A DNA stretch of 64,000 bases from Amoebidium appalachense (Eukaryota; Protista; Ichthyosporea), in contig CAVNZM010000016.1 in the NCBI GenBank assembly GCA_963693365.1, positions 3,003,957-3,067,956 of the forward strand, given 5' to 3'. Every line of letters starts with the position of its first letter. Positions within the stretch are counted from its first letter, which is position 1. The notes below the pieces were generated by a model. It did not search any database. It saw only the letters and a program-made list of their open reading frames with translations, and was not told where the DNA came from. Of the stretch, positions 1 through 11,021 are shown one piece after another. The position numbers were made by a program, and so were the translations under genes.

Positions 1-321
1 GTCTACACCGTCAGAACGCCGCTGCGGAGAAGGCGACCCAGGTGGGGGGGAGGCACGGCCGCTGCGAGGAGTGCGACAGAGCAAGTGCAGCTGGTCGGTG
101 ACTTTCCAACCGACCATCTCAGGGTCATCAAAAGCCACCAAGCGCCTTGAGGGTGAAACCACACTGTTGACGGTTTCTGCCGGCAGGCTGTTCCAGGGGA
201 GGGCGTTGGACTGCAAAACTTCCAGACTTTTGAGACTTGTGTCGTCCGCATCGGTAGAGATCTCCAAAAGCTTCTCTAGGAGAGCGGCCCCCTTGGCAAC
301 CAGAGCAGGAGGAGGGGCCAT
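1..321 (-). CDS. 5' part of an intronless ORF running off the window edge; probable transposon ORF1/gag-like protein
   Basis: ATG at 321 (-) opens MAPPPALVAKGAALLEKLLEISTDADDTSLKSLEVLQSNALPW...RRSDGVD with no stop to position 1. It lies in the TE nest; no recognisable domain. Confidence 0.35.
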   Translation of the reverse strand, partial: MAPPPALVAKGAALLEKLLEISTDADDTSLKSLEVLQSNALPWNSLPAETVNSVVSPSRRLVAFDDPEMVGWKVTDQLHLLCRTPRSGRASPPPGSPSPQRRSDGVD

Positions 322-1709
322 TGCAATGCTCACAAACCAGACTAGAGCACGGAAACTTGAAAACGAATACTGGAAAATGCAAAAAACATGGGAAAAACGA
401 CACCGCATAAAACGTCCGAAAACCAGCTAAAACGAAATGGCGCGCACGCAAAACTCTAATTAGATGCTGCCGAAGCTAAGCGCGCGCTCCTGGGCAAAAA
501 AAAAACTAGAGAAAAAACGAACAACAGCGCGAAAAACGGGGACTAGAGTTGCAAAAAACCTAGTTAAACAATTGTGCCTAAAGAGACCTAAACGCGCTCA
601 GTAGCGCCGCAACTGACCTCCCTGGGGCCGGCAAACTCATTACATAGCGCGGCCCACATTTTTGCCTATGGAAATATGAAGAAATGACTTAGAACCTATC
701 AAATCCATGAAATCTACCAAACTGGAATTTTTGCTGCACATCAACCAATGAAATTTTTTCACAAGTGGCTAAAACCCCTAGATATGGTATGCGTATTTGA
801 AGGCAATCATACAATTATGGCTTACCAAACACGCCTGAAGATGCTGCAGGTTTGACTGCGACACAAAATCTCTAAACAGCAAAATAATGCAAAATATCAT
901 CTCACGTCGCGTGTGTACTAAGAGACGCGGCACTCTACTAAGGGTACCCACACGGAAGGGAACGAATGTGTACGAAAAAACGGTAAAGTTTATTACAGAC
1001 CAGGCTCCGACGGGCAAACTGAGATCCGAACGGAATCCAGCTAAGTCACAACTGCGGCCATCAAGGCCGTGCCCTCAAAGATCATCATCACTTGGCCCCC
1101 CTACGATGCCACATTCCATACATTCCGATCTAAGGAACTCTATTGTGCGCCTGCACGAGCTAAGTCGATCGGCACACACTAATATAAACATCATCGTCTC
1201 TCCCCTCTCTCTTCCCCTAGTGGCACCGCAGAGTCTAAATCTACATTTCATATTATCCCCCCCCCCCCTCCCCCCCCTCTACTCTTTCCTGTACTACAAT
1301 ATATACATACATTTGGCAGACAGCACTATCTGAACTTGCCAAAATTTATAAGGGCTTCTGCCCAAACTTAATACATTCCAAAGTCCTCCTACGATCTATC
1401 CTACACACTATTTCTAATCAATCCTATTGGTCGGCTCCTCCAGCTGACGTGGTCCTGCCCTGCGCCGGCAGAGGCAAGATGCCCGCAGCTGTGCAGCTGA
1501 TCTTGAGGCCCCGGACTTGATCTTGATGATCTGTGGACCCGGGCTACCCCCCCCCCCCCCCCCGATCTTGATCGTAGACTTAGGATGATCGGCTGAGACG
1601 GATTAGTATTTGTCAATTGGCTTCTGAGAACCCAAATGCTACTGCGACCAAACAAAAGGGGTGAACGATAAGACCAATGGAAAAAACGGATTGGAGGACG
1701 GGAACGCCC

Positions 1710-2127
1710 TCACAGAGGCGGGAGAATGATCGGCAGGCGCTCCACCTCGGCTCTGGCAAAGTCGGCAATAGCAGCACCATGCTGAGCACGCGTCTTCTGG
1801 TAGTTGAGCCGGGATGCCAGCAGCTGGACGACGTCACACTGGTACTGCACCAGCAGCCTGGTCATGTGGGCGTCAGAAATCCCCTTAGCCGCGGCAAGGT
1901 TGGCGCCTTGGACTAGGACAGACAGAGCACCACTGGCAATGAGTGTGCAGCACTCTTCACGGGCGCCGGCAGACACCTTGTCGAGCCAACCCCACTGGGA
2001 AACAACGGTTCAGGGCCAGCAAACAAGCCCTGCTCACACACGAGGGTGGCGACATCGCGAAGTGCGCAGGTGGCTAGAGCAACTTGGGTGCGAGTCTTGA
2101 TAGGCAGCTGCGGCGGGGCCCAGCGGT
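1710..2127 (-). pseudogene. Frameshifted 3' fragment of an intronless, probably TE-derived ORF, cut off by the TIR element
   Basis: Frame IKTRTQVALATCALRDVATLVCEQGLFAGPEPLFPS shifts at a G-run near 1990-1995 into GWLDKVSAGAREECC...EVERLPIILPPL*. Confidence 0.3.
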
Positions 2128-2540
2128 CAGAGCGGGCACCACTAATATGTACCTTCTACGAGAAGAGACTTTTTGTTTTTTGTAATTTTCGACTCATCGC
2201 AGGGATCGAAACCCCCTCGACCCTATACTTACATGGAAGCTAATTTTTTGCTTAATTGAGTGGTACCATTTGTTAAACTTTGTTAGCAACGCGCACGCAA
2301 ACAGAAAATGTCTTATTAGGATATATGTGTTTTTCATTATAGAACCTTTTCTACTGGATGTCGATTGAATTCGAGAACCAGACATTGACCAATCATCAAA
2401 TCAATTTGGTCCGGGGATCAAACTACATAAGTATAACGATTGGTAACCATCGATTATTAAAGTTAGGTCAATCGATGCAAATCGAGCGTAACTTCGGAGT
2501 GTCTTCTCGTGGAAGGTACATATTAGTGCTGTCCGCTCTG
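2128..2540. mobile_element. MITE-like non-autonomous DNA transposon, 413 bp, ~43-bp imperfect TIRs
   Basis: Left end CAGAGCGGGCACCACTAATATGTACCTTCTACGAGAAGAGAC; reverse complement of right end CAGAGCGGACAGCACTAATATGTACCTTCCACGAGAAGACAC. AT-rich non-coding interior; second copy at 17355-17736; no clear TSD. Confidence 0.8.
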
Positions 2541-3295
2541 GGCAGGAACTCGGAGAGACGCGACGCATACTATACTGGTCATTCATGGCAACTAGTGCCC
2601 TCAGGGAGGGGCCGATCTACAAGCTATCGTGAGCCCACACTAACAACTCAACGCTTTTAAGTGGCGCTGAGTGAGGGAAGACTGATCAACGCTTCTCTCG
2701 GCTGCAGCTTTTATAGCCTGCAGCCAAGATTCAGGGCCAGACCATGATTGGTGGTATACATAACAATTCAGTGCCTTCTTGAAAGATAATTGGTGTATTT
2801 CCACCCAATCAGGCCATGATTCGAAGAACCAATCGAAATAGTTTCACTATTGATGATAGGCCCCTGATGGGGAACTGCGGGGGCGGGCATTCGCTGGGTG
2901 GGCTGGGGGTGTCCTCGGGCATGCACAGGTGGCTGCTCGGCATGGCGGCCCCCCTGGGTGGGCATGGGCGGGCTGGCTTCTTTTTCTTGGGTTCGCGGGC
3001 AATCAGCCAGAGGATGTGGGACGACACATTGAATATGCCCCAATAAAGCATGGCATGTGCGCGGATATGCCTGACCGCAGACGTTGCGATAAACATGGCT
3101 GGGTCAGTTGACTGGCACCGCAAGGCAGTGGCAGACGGCTGCTGGTCAACGTGCACAACACAATAGCAAGGCGGGCGCGCCTGAGCGAGAGGCACGTACT
3201 GGACCTCATGCCCACGACCACGACCACCTACAACATCGTGACCTGCTGTGCGAAGCCTGCGCATGCGCATGCACACAGTGACACGGTGGGGCAAC

Positions 3296-3774
3296 TGTAA
3301 ACAGTTGGACTAGTTAGGATAAGGCAGAGTACAACTGAATCAAAATAAAGACAGAGAACGGGTAGAAAGGCACACGCGGCCAGGTTGCTTTTACTATGGG
3401 CCGACTCAGTCTGTCTCAGACTTCACTGATGTGATCCCCGTACTGGGACGGCTTTCTTATATAGCCCCCAGGTTTCGGATCAAGGCCCAGGATTGGTTCA
3501 TCCGCGGCCAGCGCAGTGGCAACATGCCATTCGTGATTCTGGTGCGGTCCGAGCCAGTCAGACCTTTGTCCTATTTATGCAAACCTCTTATTGGTTCACT
3601 TCGTTTATGTGGTATGCAGCTGAAGAACCATATATGGTTCAATTCTTAGGTCAGAGTGAGTCCTATTGGTGCGGACATAATATTTATGTGATATTCATGA
3701 CAAAGCACGAATCGTGTGCTAGTAGATCACATTCTTTAGTAAACATGTACAGTTCATGTGTACAGTTGTTTACA
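3296..3774 (-). repeat. 3' LTR (479 bp)
   Basis: Direct repeat of 6364-6843; only difference seen is GCGCAGTGG vs GCGCGGGTGG; PPT adjoins it. Confidence 0.95.
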
Positions 3775-4286
3775 CTCCCCCCCTTGTCGGGAGCCTGGTG
3801 GTGTCGTTAGACAAGCAAACCACCAGGCTGAGAGGCGATAAACAACCTTCAGCGAGAATTCTTGTGTGTGCCGAGCTGCTGGACAGAACAGAGCAAGGAC
3901 GGTGGAATAGAGTTGTGCACGTCTATGAGCACTTCTTCATTTGCCAAAACGTAAATTCATGCAGCATTCTTCTGTGATTTCATTTTCGTGGCGAAGATTG
4001 TTGCAGAGTGTGCGTGCGAATAATTCGCTAAGCCTTCGTCTCTGTGCTTGGCTTTTCTGTAGAAGTAGTATTTTCCTTTTTGGGAATTTTTCCTTTTTAG
4101 GATACTCCCGCAGATTCGTTTTCAATTGCGAGTAATTTGGTTGTGTGGATGAATGATCATACCAAACATTCGATAATGAATATAACTCGAGCCTTAGGTC
4201 ACTTCGTAGCTCAGGTAGTGGTGGATAGCTTCAAGGCTTAGCCGCTGCTCCTTATCCCGGTTCTACCTTAAGACTGTAAGGCGAGT

Positions 4287-4437
4287 CACCATGGCCGGAA
4301 AAGCCACTTCTTTCATGAACAAAGAGCACTTCTTTCCTTTCAGCTTTAACCCTGCATCATCGGAGCTGGGAAAAACAGAATAAAAATGCCCAAGTGTTCT
4401 TCGTTGGGCGACATAAAGAAATATATCACCCGTCAGA
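4287..4437 (-). pseudogene. Decayed gypsy-type reverse transcriptase fragment
   Basis: Minus strand gives GDIFLY / SPNEEHL / DDAGLKLKGKKCSLFMKEVAF.GH across frameshifts, matching the gypsy RT pattern DDILIYS..EEHL...AGLKLK..KC.F...EV.FLGH. Confidence 0.7.
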
Positions 4438-5022
4438 ACCAGTAAAAGCCCGGTTCATAATTCATAAGAAGAGGGTAGGCAAAGCAAGCCTCCTTCAGAA
4501 AACACATGCTTCCATTCGTGAGCAGTTTTCGTATCCCATTTGCCAGCCATTTTCGTTGAGCAGGGGGATTCCAGGCATAATACATTCTTCTGGAGGCTTG
4601 GCCTAAAAAGAAAAGTCGTCGGAGTCGCCCTTTCTTTTGTAAGCAACTTCGTGAGCGCGCTTCGTGTTTTCATATCCTCCAGTGCAGGTCTGGATGGTGC
4701 CCCATCCTCTGCTTCATTTGTAGGTGGCCCTACTGTAGGTTCTGTTCGTTGTGTGGAATACCAAAACCATTCGTATTCGTGGAACTGCTTTGTGCTGTGC
4801 TTTCTTTCGTGTTGGTGTTCATGAAGTTACCCCGTTCACACACCCTACTTCTTACATACATTAGATGTAAGTAGCTGCCTGGTGAGTGTGTGGTTCGTGT
4901 TCGTGGCATTCTTCTGTTCCTTCGTGAGAAGAATATTCGTTTTAGCAGAGGTGCCCAATAAGGCAGCTTGTGGGGTTGTCTCCCGCATGTGCCCATTGGT
5001 GGGGTATGCACGTGCTAAATTG

Positions 5023-5340
5023 TTACAGTGTCATCATATTGCAAGGGAATAACATGGTCACCTCCGTACCAGGGCCTAGTAGGTACACATGATGGTCCGA
5101 TGTGTTAGTCAACAACACCTTGCATTCGTATTCGTATTTGTCTTCCACGTCACTTTCTTCAGTAGTGAAGGAGGGTATTCGTAATTCGAAACTGAAAGGC
5201 TTCCAGCCAAAATACTGACACTGTATGATGGGGTTGTGAGGGAGCGGTGCCCATACCACATTCTTTTGTTCTGGTGGGGGTGTGCCGGCAGCTAGTGCAA
5301 GGCTTGACAGTGTAATTGGTATGTTACACAGTATTGCCAC
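5023..5340 (-). CDS. Divergent dUTPase-like ORF inside the LTR element; catalytic motifs lost
   Basis: TPPPEQKNVV...YFG-x23-YEYECKVLLTNTSDHHVYLLGPGTEVTMLF has the spacing of dUTPase IPPGERALV...YYG-x23-YRGEIKVLLFNHSD..F.I..GDRIAQLI. GTG start in the ORF track. Confidence 0.45.
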   Translation of the reverse strand: MAILCNIPITLSSLALAAGTPPPEQKNVVWAPLPHNPIIQCQYFGWKPFSFELRIPSFTTEESDVEDKYEYECKVLLTNTSDHHVYLLGPGTEVTMLFPCNMMTL

Positions 5341-6363
5341 AGACGGGCATTCACCTTAAAATTCGTACCCAACACCTTCTTTGTTTTTCACATGCATGAA
5401 CAAAAGTTCTGCATCGACTTTATTACATGCCTTTTGTGCACCAAGAGTGCAAATTCGTTAGGGCGTGGCACCAGGAAGGGCCGCCATACATGAGGCATAT
5501 GTTCGTAATGTGTTTAGGCATGCCAGCATACATTCATGCGCATGTTGTGCATCCTGTGCGCTAAACTATGGGGCATGCTGTATTCGAAAACAGCAAGAAA
5601 TTCGAAGCATGCATGCAAAACTACTTTCACAGCACCTTATGTCCTCAATGCTATAGGAACAGCGACTATCTTCTTCTTTAAATGCATTCGTGCTGAAAGT
5701 GGCCGTGCATCTGGCTTGCGAGTGTGGAGGTGCATGCGGTGGCATGGACACGATGACAGTGTGCAATAGCGCAATGCACGCAAGGGCAACGGTTTTATTT
5801 TCTTCCTAACATAGAGGGGGCTGTGTGCATTGCAACCCAAGCAGTGTTGTGCATTCGTTCTTGCATTTTCGTATTTCCAGTTCATTTTGCTTTCGTTTTT
5901 CGTTTTTTGTCGTTTGATAAATTCGTTACTTCGTTTTGTTTTCGTGTTGCATTCATTTCGTATTTCCTCTATGCATTCGTTTGTCGTTCATTCTTTATTT
6001 CATTGTGTATTCGTGATGGTTCGTTTTTCGTTGGTTCATTGCTTCGTTAGCAATTCTTTATTCGTTTGTTCGTGTATTCGTTGTTTCGTTGTGTATTCGT
6101 TTTTCTTCACATTTTTGATGTGTCGTAGCAAAAGAAGTTTTACATGCTTTCAATTCTTTCCGTGTAGGTGGGCTGGCCACTTCAAACTTGTAGGTGTATA
6201 TATTCTAAGCCGGACAAGGAAAGATGTGCCTATCATCGGGGTAAAAAGGATTGTGATCGGCCATGGGAGATTCTTGAGCTGATTGAAAGATGTGAGATTC
6301 TTGAACTGATTGAAAGATGTGAGATTCGAAGGATGCGAGATTCTTGAACTGCGCGGTCGCCAA

Positions 6364-6843
6364 TGTAAACAGTTGGACTAGTTAGGATAAGGCAGAGTAC
6401 AACTGAATCAAAATAAAGACAGAGAACGGGTAGAAAGGCACACGCGGCCAGGTTGCTTTTACTATGGGCCGACTCAGTCTGTCTCAGACTTCACTGATGT
6501 GATCCCCGTACTGGGACGGCTTTCTTATATAGCCCCCAGGTTTCGGATCAAGGCCCAGGATTGGTTCATCCGCGGCCAGCGCGGGTGGCAACATGCCATT
6601 CGTGATTCTGGTGCGGTCCGAGCCAGTCAGACCTTTGTCCTATTTATGCAAACCTCTTATTGGTTCACTTCGTTTATGTGGTATGCAGCTGAAGAACCAT
6701 ATATGGTTCAATTCTTAGGTCAGAGTGAGTCCTATTGGTGCGGACATAATATTTATGTGATATTCATGACAAAGCACGAATCGTGTGCTAGTAGATCACA
6801 TTCTTTAGTAAACATGTACAGTTCATGTGTACAGTTGTTTACA
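6364..6843 (-). repeat. 5' LTR (480 bp)
   Basis: Direct repeat of 3296-3774; followed on the minus strand by the PBS. Confidence 0.95.
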
Positions 6844-6879
6844 GCAACGAGCTTGTCATCACTTGGCGAATTCACACGG

Positions 6880-7470
6880 TGTTTTGTGCTTTCTTTTCTG
6901 ATCTTTTTCGAAATCCGCAAATGTGAAATAAGGTCAAGGTTTTGTTTGGGCTTTATCCTGACCTTTTTTTTTTTTTTTTTCAAAATCCTGCTCTTTCTTA
7001 AAAGTCCTGTGACGGAAAGACCAAGTTTTTGGGCTTTATAGGCTTACCTTCTTTAAAACTCTGGCCTTTTTTTTGAAACTTATAAATTTAAGAAAAGGTC
7101 AAGGTTTTCTGCTTTCTTGTGGCGCCTGGCTTTTGATAAAAAAAAAATCCCGTCATGTGAAAAAAGGTCAACATTTTGCGCATTATAGGCTAACCTTTCT
7201 TCAAAATCCTTACTTTTTCAAGCCTATAAATGTTCAATAAGGTCAAGGTTTCGTGCTTTCTTGCCTGAATTTTTTTTCAAAATCCGCTAATGTGGAGGCC
7301 AAGATTCCAGGCTTTATAGCCTGCCCTTTTTTTTGAGAGTCCTGCGGCCCTTTCAAGTTTTCAAACCCTGGAATGTGAAAAAAAGGTCAAGGGTTCATGC
7401 TTTCTTGCCCGATCTTTCTTGAAAATCTCCTATTGTGGAAAAAATCAAGTTTTTGGGCTTTACAGCCTGA
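6880..7470. repeat. Degenerate AT-rich tandem repeat with recurring AAGGTCAAGGTTT core
   Basis: AAGGTCAA(GG)TT recurs at about 6930, 7096, 7165, 7240 and 7384, with GGCTTTATAG-type submotifs between. Confidence 0.6.
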
Positions 7471-8813
7471 CACCATGACATGCAAATGGTTGACAAGGGG
7501 GGGTGCTCGAAGGCAAATGAGGAGAGAGGCAGCGGATGAATTGCCTCACAGCGCAAGAGCCATGTGCGCGACTAAGGCACCGAGGGCTTTCAGAATGAAT
7601 GTGTGTGTGAAAACTGTCTGTGTATGTGTGTGTGTGTGTGTTTGGGGGGGGGGAAGGGGGGGGGGGGGGAAGGGGGGAGGGGGGGTCTGGAGGCGGGAGG
7701 TCGGAGGGGGGGTGGGGCGGAGGGAGGGAGACTTTGATCCATAGCAGACTTTTCTTTTAGCTTCTGCCATGAGCCACTTTACGCCCCATTTGTATAGGGA
7801 GGTAAATAAACAATTGACAGCTAATTACATTGGTTCGTTTGAAGCTGTTTGAGTGGAGCGCCTTCGATATGGCAACCAGATTAACAAGCTCATTGGCTGC
7901 TGCGATCAGCGTTGGACTCTTCAATGATTGTATAAGGTACAAACACTCAAACACTGTTACAAACACTCAAACAATGAGTGTTTGCAGCGCTCTTCAATGT
8001 AAAGTTTTGATTGGATCGCTTCACTTAGGCAATCGGACAAACTGATTGGTGATCGACAAACCTGTCATGACCATGTGAACTCGGAAAGTCTAAAAGAAAA
8101 TGCTGGGATGTGTAGGGGACTTCTTTTTGGACCTGTAGCCGCATTGGCATGACCTGTGTTCAGACCACTTCAGCTTGGTGGGTTGTGTGTGGAAGTGTAG
8201 GCGGTGCCCCCGCACCCACCGCGGGCAACTACAGACCAAACATCCACGAGGTGGGCTGCATTCCAAATGCAACATCTCATAAGTCTTTGATGTATTGCTG
8301 AGCCTTATGGGCTTGGCTTGATGGCCTTCCACAACCAGAGAGCTAAGACACTCGTGGTTATATATTTGGTATATTCACAACATGCGGCTGTGCACCGTGA
8401 CCTGCACGGGCTGTACCAGCAGCCAGTCATGCGGCTATCAATGGTAGTAGCAGTGGGCCGTCAGTCCCAGGATACACGGCAACACTCAGACAGGATACAG
8501 CCTGGCACCTGCCTCGCCTACTGCCTCCCATGTGTGTAGGCTCCTCCCCGTGTTTATAAACACGGTGGTGCTACGGATTGCTCGCACCGTGCAGGGCTTC
8601 AACCAGGCACATGCCCGACCAGCATCATTTGAGCCAGAAGCAGGGCACCCCCCAGCACACCCACACGGTGTTGGCATGGCCCACTGGCCCATGTGCCCTG
8701 CCAGCCAATAGGCAACAAGATGGCACACAGCGGCTGACCACATGTGTGGCCCTGCCTGTCTGCCGCCCCCTGCAGGCCATGCCCCTCGTTGTTGAGCCAG
8801 CCAGTGCTCTGTT

Positions 8814-10925
8814 TCAGATGCGCTGCAGATGGCGCAGCAGCAGGTCCGTGATGGTGCGCAGCAGGCCATCGTCCTCCTCCACCGTCACGTGGCTGCTGCC
8901 TGGCCCCAGCACCACACAGGCACGGGCCAGGGGCAGCCGCAGGGTAAGCTTGTTGGGTGCGGTCCCGTCCACCTCAACAACTACATCCCCATGCTGTGTG
9001 CCAGACCAAGTCAGCAGCAGTCCCTGGTAGCCCTGCAGTGCTCCAGCAAAGTGGGACCCACACACACACACACGTATGGGCGTGCTGTCTTTGTGCGCAA
9101 GTGCGTACCAGCGTGTGCTTCAGTGTGTGGCTCTGTACTTCTTTGTGCAAGTGCTCATGCAGGCATGCCTGTGGTGCATATTGAGCCTTCAAGTGCCCAC
9201 ACCCCCATCCACTGCAGGCCCACACATGCCCCTACCAGCTTGGCCCTCAGCTCAGCCACCAGTGCGCCGACACTGGGCACCCCCAGCACATGCTGCTGCT
9301 GGAACCACCGCAGCTGCCCCAGTGCCTCCTCCTGCCGTGCCCATGCACTCAGCACCTCCCCCTCCACCCACTCACCCCTGGACCCGGGGCCACCTACCTC
9401 TGGCACGGTGCTCTGCAGCAGCAGGCGGTGGTTGTGGCAGTCCAGCAGGCCCTGCACTGCTGCCACCTGGCCCTGCCTGCCCCCCCACACCGCCTGCAGC
9501 TGCCCCCCAAGCTAAGCCCCCCAGTCAGCCCCATGCACCCTTTACCCCCCAGTCAGCCCCCCCCCCCCCCCCCCCCCCCCCACCTTGTCATGCAGCAGGG
9601 CCTGCTCGTAGCCCTGTGGTGTGCGCATGCTGACTGCTGCCCCCTCCACCATCTCCACCACCCGTGTGCCAGCCTCCACCTCCAGTCCCTCACCCCCCCC
9701 CTCGTGCACCCTGGCCTTACCTGTCACCCCCCATCCCCTTCTGCACCCCCCCAGGGCACGGCAGGCGCACCTTAGCAGCCGGTCTGGGCCACATGCAGGC
9801 GCTGGGGCAGGCCACCAGGCGGGGCCGGTGTGTCTTCATCAGCTGGCAGGCATCCTGGGGCCCAGTCAGCACACACCCAGCAGCAAAGGGCAGGCAGGGC
9901 AGGGCAGGGCACCTGCACGGTGGCCCGTGGGTCCAAGGGGCAGTGGCGGACACGCATGGGCATGGGCTGGTAGGGGGCCAGGGCCAGGCCCATGTCTGTG
10001 TCTGGCTCGGTCAGCAGCAGCAGGTGGCTGGCCTGGGTGCGCCACTGCTGCAGCAGCTGCACGGCATCGCCGCAGCGCAGGCTGGGGTGCCCGGCAAACA
10101 CCACACAGGGCTCACGCAGGCCCTTGCTCTGCACCCTGCAACAGACTTAGCAACCTGCAGCCCCCCCCCCCCCCCCACAAAAGTGTGGGTGCGCACAGGT
10201 CCTGCAGGCAGGCAGCCAGGTGCAGGCGGCCACAGCGCAGCAGATCTTCGTGCACAAACGGGCACTCAGGCAGATACACTCGGTCGGCCTTGCTGCCGTG
10301 CAGCCTGCATGGGCTGTCAGTCGGGCCAGACTAAGAATAGCTTGGCAGGCTAAGAATAGCGTGGCATGCTGAGAATAGCTTGGCGGGCTAAGAATAGCTT
10401 GACAGGCCAAGAATAGCATGGCACCATGGCAGGGGCATGCACAGCGGCACTATCAAGCACTGACAGGGGGCTGACAATGTGAGGTGCTTGGTGGTTGAAG
10501 ACTACTGGGCTGGCCATGCCCTAGCCAGGTCACCTATCCTGCTATCCCTATGTGTCTCCTTGACAGCAGGCAAGGAGTAAGGATGCATGCCACTCAGCAA
10601 AGACGTTAGCCAGGACCAGTGATGGCCTGGCCATGGGGGCCAGCCAGTAGAAGGGCACAGCCTGCCTGCCGATGGCCTGCAGGTGGTTGTGCATGGCTTC
10701 CAGAAGGTCATAGATGGTGCCCACAGGGTGCACGGGCACAAGCACACTGCCCCCTAGGTTGATCGTCGTTGCTGCTCACACACGGTTACATCATGCCCAC
10801 CCCCCCCCCCCCCCCCCCCCCCCCTTCCCCCCTTTGCACGTACCCACATCGCGGCATATCTCATCCAGCATAGCCTGGTATGGTGGCGCCCCAACAGGAT
10901 TGAGCCCGGCAAGCAGCACTGTGTC

Positions 10926-11021
<96 letters not shown>

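Larger units (their letters stand above)
3296..6843 (-). mobile_element. Non-autonomous Ty3/gypsy-derived LTR retrotransposon, complete insertion
   Basis: LTRs at 3296-3774 and 6364-6843 (TGTAAACA...TGTTTACA); 5-bp TSD GCAAC at 3291-3295 and 6844-6848; PBS TGGCGACCGCGCAG (6349-6362, -); [14 protein letters not shown] (3775-3785, -); RT remnant inside. Confidence 0.95.

Noticed and set aside
2541-2860. Possible solo LTR (minus-strand TATAAAA in a GGCTGCAG...CTGCAGCC hairpin, CCAAT boxes)
   Set aside because: No TG...CA termini or TSD could be defined.
2860-3290. Exon-like GC-rich fragment beside the LTR
   Set aside because: No consistent frame, strand or homology.
3431-3810. ORFs duplicated at 3431-3810 and 6499-7041
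   Set aside because: Chance frames within the LTRs.
5830-6282. Hydrophobic 150-aa ORF as an env or membrane protein
   Set aside because: Antisense to the element and produced by TTCGT low-complexity leader sequence.
7470-8800. Possible small gene between the satellite and INTS9
   Set aside because: Isolated exon-like pieces on both strands could not be joined.
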